From NCBI GenBank assembly GCA_964478555.1, contig CAYZNC010000002.1, forward strand, positions 1 to 54,709: a stretch of DNA of 54,709 nt, in the 5' to 3' direction. The stretch is from an uncultured Bacteroidales bacterium. GTDB taxonomy: Bacteria; Bacteroidota; Bacteroidia; Bacteroidales; JAAUTT01. The translations under genes and the position numbers were made by a program. Each line of letters starts with the position of its first letter. The stretch's first letter is position 1. The notes beneath the pieces are model-generated. The model was not told the DNA's origin. It made no database searches and saw only the letters and a program-made list of their open reading frames with translations. Positions 30,060-38,939 of the stretch are shown here, one piece after another.

Positions 30060-32425
30060 CTATTTAACCACAATTTTGACTACCTGTACAAGGCTATTGG
30101 CAATAACCTTGCATATGTATAAATCAGGTTTTAAATTTTCCAATGTCCATTGTAAGGTTTTTGTGCCTGCCAGCAGTTGACCCTGATAAACATTGGCTAC
30201 CAATTGTCCGTTGGTGTTATAAATATTTACCGTTACTGCAGCATCTTTAGTTAAATAAATATTAATGTTTGCAAATTCGCTTGCAGGATTCGGAAATGCA
30301 GAAACCGTAAGCAGGTCTGCCGGTCTTGAATTTGCAACCAGCATCGGCTCAATATCGTTTGAATTTGAACTTTTAAGCGTGTAAGCCACGTATTCATTAT
30401 CGAGCACATAGATTGCATAACCACGTGCAGGAGCCTGTACATATACGCGACCATCCGCCTGGATCTGAATACGTTCACTGGGGTTAAATTCATTTTTAAG
30501 CCACAGATTAGCCCAGTTTGCCCATCCCGTTGGGGAAGTACTAATCCAGAGACCTTTTGTCTGGCTGTCATGATTATTTAAAACGATAATGGCCCCGCTC
30601 ATAGTACCGTTGCCAGCTCTGCGGGCAATATAAACATTAGCAGCATCTACTGAAGGGTAAGGATTCCCAACTTCCGATAGAACGGTTAGGGTGCCACTCA
30701 TGTAAGTTTTTCGCGCAAAAATCAGCTTTTTAATATCATCTTTTAAAGTGGGCGGAGCTTGGGTGGTATAGCTTGCATCATTGTTATCAATCTGTTTGAT
30801 GCCATAGAAATGTGGATAAAAAATACATGGACGCCCTCGTGAGTTAAAATATATGCGTAACCCAATGCCCAATCTTTTGTAATCCACTTATCATGCTCTT
30901 TTCCGCTATCGTGGTTGTCAACAAATGTTGAAATGTTTGGTGCTGCAACATTGTTTCCCGTATTATCCCTTATCATTCCAGCATGGTTCAGGTTTCGCAT
31001 ATCGAACGAAGTGCCAGTTCCGTTGCACAGCAAATTAATCGCATTAAATTTAAGGGGAAAATCAAATGCAGCAACTGCTGCAGACGGGCTATGGCTTGCA
31101 TTGTCGTTCACCCAGTTTTTTAGTCTATACTGATAACCTGTCCAGTATTCGCCTACAATATATCTTTGTTGTGTTCCTCCAATTTTAGGAAGTGCGCTGA
31201 TCCAGTTTGCAAGAAAGTCGACCTGGTAACCTCTTACAAAGTCGAGCCGGAAACCATCGAAGCCAATAGTGTTGACCATCCATTGTCCCCATGCATTTAA
31301 TTTGGACTGTACATTTGCACTGTAGGTATTAAAATCATTACCAAACCACCTGGTGTTTGGAATAATCGCATCCTGGTAACCTCCATCACCGAGCCAGTCA
31401 TTTGCATCAGCCGGATGAAAATCGGCATAACCCCACTGGAAATTGGCTTCGCCGGTTCCGGTATGCGTTGGAAAGGCAGATTTAGTTACTGTATGAGCTT
31501 CTAACTTAGTGCTTGCGATGTTCGAGCCGTTATACCATATGTTAACCGGATAATACCCATTCGTCTGATCAGCCCATACCCATTGCCATGTTGGACTGGT
31601 ATTCTCCCGCATTGCAGTAAGTTTAATAATAATGTTGGCTGTTGATATTAACGTTACTTTGTATTCATCTATATCTCCCTGATAGTCGGCATGACCTCTT
31701 ACTGTTATTCCACTACCAGGATAGTTATTGGTTTGCCCATTTCCATTATTTGGCTCACTTTCCCAGTTTCCAGGGTCGGTTTCTGTTGCTCCTGTCCAGT
31801 TTACGTTTAAATTATAGCCTCTTTCGCCAACTACTGCACCCCAGTTGAGGTTATATCCCTTTATCTGGATGTAATAATCGCCTGCTGTGGCGTTTGGAAT
31901 GGTCCATTGTATATCACTGGTTTGATATGCTACATTTGCTCCGTTATGTGCTTCTCCAAATACATACGCTTTAACGGCAGGGTTACTTTCTTCATTAAGT
32001 CCCCATTCGCCATAATTGTGGTTTAAGACGGCATCGGCATATATATCCATTCGTGGAGATTGATGGCATGTATTAATCAAATTGAGCAGTTCAGCTTTAC
32101 TCCCAAAACGGGTTTCTGTGGAGCCTTTTTGGTTATAAGCACCCAGATCATACAAATCATAAATACCGTAACCCATATCTGCAATTCCCCAGTTTCCTTT
32201 GCATGGTGAGGGAATCCAGTAAGCAGCTATGCCGGCAGATTTTAACTCCGGTGTTTTTATCCTGAGCGAATCCCACCAATAGCCATTCAGATTAGTTTGA
32301 TCAACAGGCAAGTTCCAATAAAAGGCCTGCATCATTACATCATTTTGGGAAAAACATAAAGTTGTTAGCAAAAGCCATATTGCACCTATGGTATAACATT
32401 TTTTTGTAGTAGAATTATTGTTCAT
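30060..32425 (-). pseudogene. GH13 (Bacillus-licheniformis-like) alpha-amylase with T9SS sorting domain, interrupted by a 1-nt frameshift
   Basis: ORFs 30743..32425 (560 aa: DAVLNH, DGFRLDFVRG, VGEYW, FVDNHD) and 30060..30887 (275 aa: C-domain plus CTD FPNPASEF...YICKVIANSLVQVVKIVVK) overlap in different frames. Joining at LTHEG|RPCIFYPHFYG (about 30831-30840, a GGG run on the coding strand) restores the conserved ILT.E.G.P.(I/V)FY block. Confidence 0.8.
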
Positions 32426-32638
32426 ACATGGTCAATTGAAAAGTTAATTGTTTAGTCACATTAGTTGGAAAGAATTCATTCAGCAAAAACATTCATAACT
32501 AGAACTTATTGATATTTAATGATTAAAATTTTTCTGTAAAGCAAAGCATGGCCCTGGATGTTTAAAAAATAATGTGTTAGAAGCACGTAAGACCGAATAT
32601 TCAGGTTGCTTATAACGATTAATAAGTTGTTGTAGAAT

Positions 32639-32688
32639 AAGTGGCTGTATCTCAGTAGATTTATGGTGCTAGCCGGATACAGCCACTT
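32639..32688 (-). other. Perfect 13-bp stem-loop between the susE/F-like gene and the amylase gene
   Basis: AAGTGGCTGTATC (32639-32651) pairs with GATACAGCCACTT (32676-32688) around a 24-nt loop. It starts 10 nt after the susE-like stop. No U-tract follows on the minus strand. Confidence 0.6.
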
Positions 32689-32697
32689 AAAAAGAAT

Positions 32698-33804
32698 TTA
32701 ATTTTTCACCATTTTGTATGTGTATGGCGATTTGCTTAAGTTCAAAGTAATAGTATAACTGCCTGCTTCAGAAACTCCAATATTGGTTCCGTTCAGTTCC
32801 AGTGTCTTGTCAGCACCATTATCTCCATAGTTTACATCCCATGCTCCGTTTGCGCGGAACTTCCATCCGTCATTAGGAGGCGTTTCTGCAACTAAGTTTA
32901 GCGTAACCGTCCATACGTTATTTACAGCGTCGTAGCTCATATTCGTGTCGGTGCCCCATCCTCCGGGGGTGGCATTGCCAATGACTGCCCATTTAGTTAC
33001 CAGCGTGGTATAGTTTAAATTTTTCAAATCCAAATTAAATTTCATATAGCCGATACCGTCTTTCAGGGTAACATTCTTTCCACCGTTAGCGTTACTGAGT
33101 TTTCCTGCATCTGCAGTACCTGTATTGGCTCCGTCGTCACCATAGGTATGGGCATTATCCCAACTATGGTCGGTAGTAAATTTCATTCCATTATTAGAGG
33201 TAACATTCACATAGCCTTCGTAGGTGCCCAACATGCTGTCAATAACAGCAAGTGTTGGTGCAGTGTTGGAATTATTCCAGCCTTGAAAATCGCCAACCAC
33301 CCAAACCAGCTTTGGATAAACGGCCACCAGCAGTGGTGTAATGTTCATGTTAACTGCTATAGAACCTGCCGTGTTTGACAACTGGGTTGTGTTGGTAATA
33401 TTGGTTAAAGAAACCAGGACCCGTAATTGAAATGCTGCTTTTACATTTCCCTTATATCCTTTGGCAATTAACAGCTTGTTCAAATCGCTGAATAAAATAG
33501 AAAGTGAATCAGTATTCGTGACTGAGCCAAGCATGATGGGATTCTTAAAATTATTACCTGCTGTATCCAATTGAACATAGTAGGTCAGTGGTGTTTTGAA
33601 ACCATAGTCAGCAGATGTCCACTGAATACTCAGCGTGTTATTCTTGTTGGCATCCGTAATTACCATGCTTGTGCCATCCAATGTACTTGTTATGGTGGGA
33701 GCCTTAATATTATTGTTATTTACCGATACCTTCGTTTCATCCTTTTTGCAGGAAAAAAGGGTAATCAGGCCAAAGATCATGAGGTATATTAAATTTTGTT
33801 TCAT
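32698..33804 (-). CDS. SusE/SusF-like outer-membrane starch-binding lipoprotein
   Basis: 368-aa ORF immediately downstream of susD. Signal peptide plus lipobox (LFSCKKD). Ig-like N-terminal segment, then aromatic/Gly-rich CBM-like repeats (GDFQGWNN, GNATPGGWG). Confidence 0.65.
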   Translation of the reverse strand: MKQNLIYLMIFGLITLFSCKKDETKVSVNNNNIKAPTITSTLDGTSMVITDANKNNTLSIQWTSADYGFKTPLTYYVQLDTAGNNFKNPIMLGSVTNTDSLSILFSDLNKLLIAKGYKGNVKAAFQLRVLVSLTNITNTTQLSNTAGSIAVNMNITPLLVAVYPKLVWVVGDFQGWNNSNTAPTLAVIDSMLGTYEGYVNVTSNNGMKFTTDHSWDNAHTYGDDGANTGTADAGKLSNANGGKNVTLKDGIGYMKFNLDLKNLNYTTLVTKWAVIGNATPGGWGTDTNMSYDAVNNVWTVTLNLVAETPPNDGWKFRANGAWDVNYGDNGADKTLELNGTNIGVSEAGSYTITLNLSKSPYTYKMVKN

Positions 33805-33833
33805 TGTATTTAAGATTTAATATTAAAAAAATG

Positions 33834-35429
33834 TTAATAACCTGGTGTAGGTTTTAAGCTGGGATTTGCGCTCAAATCAGCAGATGGTATCGGGAATACA
33901 TTAAATTTCGCATCCGCAGAACTACCATTTTGAATTCCACCCTTCCAAGGCCATAAATAACTGCCAGAAGTTAATAAGCCATATCTTACCAAATCGGTTC
34001 TTCTGTATCCTTCCCAGTAAAGTTCGCGAGCGCGTTCATCCAGTATAAAACTCAGTGTCATTTGACCTTGGATAATATCAGCAGCAGCTTTGTTGCCATT
34101 ATAAGCTCTTTCTCTCACAAGGTTAACATAGTTAAGAGCTGTTCCTGCATCGCCACTAGTGCCTCCTCTCAATACTGCTTCAGCATACATCAGATAAACG
34201 TCGGCCAAGCGGAAAACCGGACAATCAGTGTCCACGAAGCCTGGATTTGATCCTGCAATACCCGTAGAAGTAATATTTTTAAATTTGGTTACGGCATAGC
34301 CATCGTTAAATGATTTAATATTGCCAATATCAAGAGATTGGCCATCGGTGAAAAACATTGCTCTGGTATCGGTGGCTCCGGAAGGATCGGGAAATTTTTG
34401 AACGAACGATTTTGTTACACGGGTACCTCCCCAGGGACCATCGAGTCCAAACGATTTGGCACTCATATTACCTCCCACTTGGGCATGAATAACGAAATTC
34501 ATTCCGCCATAAGTTTGGGTATGAATCCCATCAAAGGCAACCGGGAAAATAATTTCCGGGCTATTGTTATTGTCTGCAAGAAACATATTTTGATAAACGG
34601 GATCAAGCTTATACCCTGAGGCTATAACCTGGTTACAGTATGTGATGCTTTCCGTATATTTAGGTTGTCCAATGTAAACTTCGGCATTTAAATACAATTT
34701 AGCCAGCAACGTCCATTCGGCAGCCTGGTCTACTCTTGCGTATTCATTGGTTTTAGGTTTAGCCAAATCGCCATCGATAGCCTTTAATTCCGATTCTATA
34801 TAATTGAATAAGTCGGCTTTAGATATTGGGGGTGGGAAGAATGTACCGACTTTGTCTTTTTCGGTAACAAATGGCACTCCACCGCCAAACATATCCAACG
34901 CATGCCAATAGCTGAAAGCTCTTAAAAACCTTGCTTCAGCAAGATATTGCGTAACGTTTGCCTTTAAATCGCTTGAAAGTCCATCCAATTTTGGGGCAAC
35001 CTCCCTGATATATTCGTTACATATGGATACCTGGTAGTAGATCCTGTTATACATTGCAGTAACAAAGGAATTTGAAGAGGACCAACTGATGGTGTGGTAA
35101 TCTGGCAAGCCAGGATCGCTCCATGCGATCACAGCTTCATCTGTAGGTAGTTCCTGTGCGCACCAGTATTGACGGATATAATTTGAGAAACCTTCATCGA
35201 TTCCCTGAATATCCGGTTGACCTGCGGGTCCTTCCTGACCACTTAAGGCTAACCCTGTATATAATTTTGCCAAAGCTTCCTTGTAAGCAGCCGGATCGTT
35301 AAATACGGATGCTGAAGTGGTAATCGTAGAATCCAGAGGTACTGTGTTTAAGTCTTTGGTGCATGAAGTTACCATCGCAATAAAAGCGATAACTGCTGCG
35401 GGTATTAATATATTATTATGTAGTTTCAT
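33834..35429 (-). CDS. susD: SusD/RagB-family nutrient-binding outer-membrane lipoprotein
   Basis: 531-aa ORF 23 nt downstream of susC. Lipobox (MVTSC). SusD-like strings (EARFLRAFSYWHALDMFG, FRLADVYLMYAEA, ERARELYWEGYRRTDLVRY). Confidence 0.9.
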   Translation of the reverse strand: MKLHNNILIPAAVIAFIAMVTSCTKDLNTVPLDSTITTSASVFNDPAAYKEALAKLYTGLALSGQEGPAGQPDIQGIDEGFSNYIRQYWCAQELPTDEAVIAWSDPGLPDYHTISWSSSNSFVTAMYNRIYYQVSICNEYIREVAPKLDGLSSDLKANVTQYLAEARFLRAFSYWHALDMFGGGVPFVTEKDKVGTFFPPPISKADLFNYIESELKAIDGDLAKPKTNEYARVDQAAEWTLLAKLYLNAEVYIGQPKYTESITYCNQVIASGYKLDPVYQNMFLADNNNSPEIIFPVAFDGIHTQTYGGMNFVIHAQVGGNMSAKSFGLDGPWGGTRVTKSFVQKFPDPSGATDTRAMFFTDGQSLDIGNIKSFNDGYAVTKFKNITSTGIAGSNPGFVDTDCPVFRLADVYLMYAEAVLRGGTSGDAGTALNYVNLVRERAYNGNKAAADIIQGQMTLSFILDERARELYWEGYRRTDLVRYGLLTSGSYLWPWKGGIQNGSSADAKFNVFPIPSADLSANPSLKPTPGY

Positions 35430-35452
35430 AGTTATTTATACTTTATTTATTA

Positions 35453-38400
35453 TTAAATATCTAATCTTAATCCCAGGAGGAATGTTCTGGGTCTTGGATA
35501 GAAATTATTATCGATGCCTCCGTCAACCTCAGGATCCAATCCTTTATATTTGGTTATTACGAAAACATTCTGCACTGTTGCAGTAATCCGCAGGGCTAAT
35601 TTATTGCTGATAAATCTATTGAAATTGTATCCCAGTGATATGTTATCCATGCGGAAGAAAGAAGCATTTTCAACATAGTAATCCGAATAGTACTGAGCAT
35701 TCATAAATTTCGTATCATTTACTTGCTTAACAATATTTTGTGGATATTGAAGTCCAGCATTCCATAAATTTAAGTAAATACCCTGATTAGATGCCACATT
35801 GTTATAAACATAATTGCCAATGCTGGCCCTGCTGGAAAATGAAAAATCCCAGTTTTTATAAGTTACCCTCGATGAGAATCCCATCAGGGCGTCCGGTGCA
35901 GGTTTTTTATAGCGATATAAATCGCTGCTGTTGATTACACCATCCCCGTTTTGGTCAACATAAACACCTTCTATTGGGCTACCATCCTGATTATATGCTT
36001 GTTTGTAAACATAAAAAGAATTAACAGGATAACCTACACTCATGGTTTGAATAGTAGCACCCACACCTCCTGAAATGCCTCCGACTGGTACTCCTGGATA
36101 GGTAGGGTCGTTGGTTAGAAGGAGTTTTGTAATCTTGTTTTTATTAACCCCAATGTTGTATCCCACTTCCCAGTAAAAATCCTTTTTAGCAATGATCTTA
36201 GCATTGATTGAAAATTCGAGTCCTTTATTCTCCAGATCACCTACATTGCTTAATACATAATTGGAAAGATTTGTTCCTGCGGCAGTAGGTACAAAGTTGA
36301 GTAAATCGGATGTTTTCCTGTCATAATAATCAATTGCACCGGTAATCCTGTCATTAAGGAAGCCATAATCCAAGCCTATGTTGCTGGTTTTGGTAGTTTC
36401 CCATTTTATGTTTGCATTGTAAGCACCTGGACGCAGTGTGAAAATATATTCATTACCAAATTGATACATCGCAGTTGTTTGACTGAGTTGATATATAGGT
36501 AAATATGGATAATCGCGCAAGAAACTGGTGTTAGGGAAAATGCCGGTTACGCCACTAAGATTTTGTTGTCCCGTTACGCCATATCCAAGACGCAATTTTA
36601 AATCGGATACAACCTTACTGGTTGCTAGGAAAGACTCATTTTTAATTTTCCATCCCAGGGCTACCGAAGGGAAAAGTCCTTCGCGATTGCTAGATGAGAA
36701 CCTCGATGTGTTATCATCACGTAATGTTATGGTCAACAGATATCGGTCCTTTAAGCTGTAGATCAGTCTACCAAAATAGGAAAGCAAGAAATATTCCGTT
36801 GGCGTGTTGTAATACGGTGTTATAGCGTAGCTTCCTGATTCATTAGTGGTTGAAGTATTTTTTTTGTCCCAGAAATGTTGCCACTCATAGCCAGCCATAA
36901 TCTCAATTTTGCTTGAGATCGGGTCCAACTGTTTTGTGTAGTTCAGCATGAAGTCAAGCAGGTTCATCTTGCTTGTTTCATGGTAATGGTTCCAGGATCC
37001 TCCACCATGAAGAGGATCGTAGGTGGAAGCCAATGCACTGTCATTATTGTTGTTTCCGTAGCCTTCCTGGTAATCATAAGCTAAGTTCACATTAGCATGT
37101 AAATCGGGCAAAAAATGAAGTTTGTAATCTGCCTCCAAATTACCGATGCTTCTATTGGCAACCGATGTATTGGACGTTAAATTCAATAAGGCAACCGGAT
37201 TCATAGTGGCCAGTTTAATAGGTGCTCCGTCAATACCTTGCCCTGTTTGCATCCATGTGGTATAACCGCCCCATCTGGTATTTCCATTCATAACAGGTTG
37301 AGTAGGGTCGAAGTTCACTGCAGCTGTAACAGCTCCGGTATTTCCATAATTGTTATTATTGTGTGTGCCTTTTACATTGATATTGAGTTTTAAATGATCG
37401 TCCAACAGGCTGGGGCTAAGATTAATCGATGCCGTACTTCTTTCGAAATTAGTGGTTTTGAGTATACCGTCCTGATTGGTATAACCCAGAGAAACCCGGA
37501 AGGGTGTCTTTAATTTTGTTCCTGAGATGGACAAATTATGATCTTGCCCTCCTGCTACACGGTATATCTCATTTTGCCAATTGGTATTTGCATTTCCTAA
37601 TTTACTTTTTACAGTTGAATCAATACTACTGGTTCCGGGATATTGTTGTTTGATTAAAGCTCTGAATTCATCTCCCGAAAAAACAGGGATCGTTTTTGGT
37701 ACAGTGTATATGGAAGCCACCACATCATAGGTAACTTTTATATCTTTTGTACCTCTTTTAGTTGTAATTAGAATGACACCATTCGATGCACGCGAACCGT
37801 AAATGGCTGTTGCGGAAGCATCTTTTAATACCGTAAAAGACTCTATATCATTAGGATTTATTGAGGCTAATGCATTTGGGCTTCCGCCTATGTTTGTATT
37901 GTCAACTGCAACTCCATCAATTACAATTAAAGGATCGTTACTTGCTGCCACAGAGGAACCGCCCCTGATGCGGATAGTAGAACCACTACCCGGAGCACCA
38001 CTACTGGAAGTAACAACTACGCCGGCAGTTTTACCAACAATTAAATCCTGCGGAGAAGTCATGGCACCTTTGTTAAATTCACTTGCCCCTACCACAGAAA
38101 CGGAGCCTGTAGCGTCTTCTTTCTTAACAGTACCATATCCAATTACAACAATCTCTTGCAGGTTCTCTACATTGGGTTGTAATTTAACATCTATGGTAGA
38201 TGCATTTCCCACCTGAATCTCCTGAGTCAGGTAACTCAAAAAAGAGAATACTAAAGTGGAACCTTTTGGTGCCGAAATTTGATAAATTCCATCAACTGAA
38301 GAAGTTACTCCCTTGGTTGTACCTTTAATAATGATATTAACACCCGGCAAAGCTTCGTTGGTTGCACCATCAGTTACTTTACCCTGAACCTGAACTTCCT

Positions 38401-38488
38401 GTGCGTTTATTTGCCAGGATGAAATCACCCAAAGGCACAAAACCAGGATGATTTTAGTCATTTTGTGTAGTTTGTGTAGCTTTTTCAT
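35453..38488 (-). CDS. susC: SusC-family TonB-dependent outer-membrane transporter
   Basis: 1011-aa ORF. CarboxypepD_reg N-terminal domain, IVVIGYGTVKKEDATGSVSVV signature, plug and barrel, C-terminal ...RTFLLGLRLDI. An alternative start is at the Met of MTKIIL (38461). Confidence 0.92.
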   Translation of the reverse strand: MKKLHKLHKMTKIILVLCLWVISSWQINAQEVQVQGKVTDGATNEALPGVNIIIKGTTKGVTSSVDGIYQISAPKGSTLVFSFLSYLTQEIQVGNASTIDVKLQPNVENLQEIVVIGYGTVKKEDATGSVSVVGASEFNKGAMTSPQDLIVGKTAGVVVTSSSGAPGSGSTIRIRGGSSVAASNDPLIVIDGVAVDNTNIGGSPNALASINPNDIESFTVLKDASATAIYGSRASNGVILITTKRGTKDIKVTYDVVASIYTVPKTIPVFSGDEFRALIKQQYPGTSSIDSTVKSKLGNANTNWQNEIYRVAGGQDHNLSISGTKLKTPFRVSLGYTNQDGILKTTNFERSTASINLSPSLLDDHLKLNINVKGTHNNNNYGNTGAVTAAVNFDPTQPVMNGNTRWGGYTTWMQTGQGIDGAPIKLATMNPVALLNLTSNTSVANRSIGNLEADYKLHFLPDLHANVNLAYDYQEGYGNNNNDSALASTYDPLHGGGSWNHYHETSKMNLLDFMLNYTKQLDPISSKIEIMAGYEWQHFWDKKNTSTTNESGSYAITPYYNTPTEYFLLSYFGRLIYSLKDRYLLTITLRDDNTSRFSSSNREGLFPSVALGWKIKNESFLATSKVVSDLKLRLGYGVTGQQNLSGVTGIFPNTSFLRDYPYLPIYQLSQTTAMYQFGNEYIFTLRPGAYNANIKWETTKTSNIGLDYGFLNDRITGAIDYYDRKTSDLLNFVPTAAGTNLSNYVLSNVGDLENKGLEFSINAKIIAKKDFYWEVGYNIGVNKNKITKLLLTNDPTYPGVPVGGISGGVGATIQTMSVGYPVNSFYVYKQAYNQDGSPIEGVYVDQNGDGVINSSDLYRYKKPAPDALMGFSSRVTYKNWDFSFSSRASIGNYVYNNVASNQGIYLNLWNAGLQYPQNIVKQVNDTKFMNAQYYSDYYVENASFFRMDNISLGYNFNRFISNKLALRITATVQNVFVITKYKGLDPEVDGGIDNNFYPRPRTFLLGLRLDI

Positions 38489-38673
38489 AAAGTTAATTTC
38501 TTTTGTTTTTTAGTTAATGCTAATTCAGAAAAGTTGTAAATCTCTTTTTCAGAATTCATCTTCACGTTGAGGTAGGAAAAATATCATTAGAAACGTGTCA
38601 AAATTATGAAAAACAATGATTGGTTGTAGGGCTAAAAATCTTTTAACTCAGTATTTTACAAGATTTTTTTTGC

Positions 38674-38709
38674 AATCGGTTTCGCATACGTTTGCGGAAT
38701 CGTTTGCGG
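38674..38709. promoter_or_regulatory. Three tandem ~12-bp repeats containing CGTTTGCGG / near-palindromic CA(A/T)ACGTTTG (candidate regulator sites)
   Basis: AATCGGTTTCGC (38674-38685), ATACGTTTGCGG (38686-38697) and AATCGTTTGCGG (38698-38709) in the divergent susC/lacI-family intergenic region. CATACGTTTG (38685-38694) is one mismatch from a 10-bp palindrome. Confidence 0.45.
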
Positions 38710-38806
38710 TAAAAAAAATATGTTGCAAAACATAAAAAATAAATTAATTGTAAGGATTAAAAAAGCCTATATATGAGATAAAATCTGCTGTTGATCAAGT
38801 TATTCA

Positions 38807-38839
38807 GATTGGAAGTCGCTTCCAATCTCTTTTATTTTT
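38807..38839 (+). terminator. Terminator-like hairpin with T-tract inside the susC/regulator intergenic region
   Basis: GATTGGAAG (38807-38815), loop TCG, CTTCCAATC (38819-38827), then TCTTTTATTTTT. It lies about 100 bp upstream of the regulator ATG. No T-tract on the other strand. Confidence 0.5.
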
Positions 38840-38939
38840 AGCGAGGTATAATTAATATTAAGGAAAACAATTAATTATTAAAAAAAGTTCTTGTAACATC
38901 AGTTTTTTTGTACTTTTATCTCAAGGATTATCTGCCATA

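Noticed and set aside
30743-30887. Programmed ribosomal frameshifting in the split amylase
   Set aside because: No slippery heptamer or downstream structure is evident at the junction. A 1-nt loss in a short G/C run is explained more simply by mutation or sequencing error.
37803-38216. 137-aa plus-strand ORF inside susC
   Set aside because: It lies entirely antisense to a strongly supported SusC coding region. Its low-complexity, Ala/Pro/Thr-rich translation is typical of an antisense read-through of a Gly/Ser/Thr-rich barrel, and it has no motif of its own.
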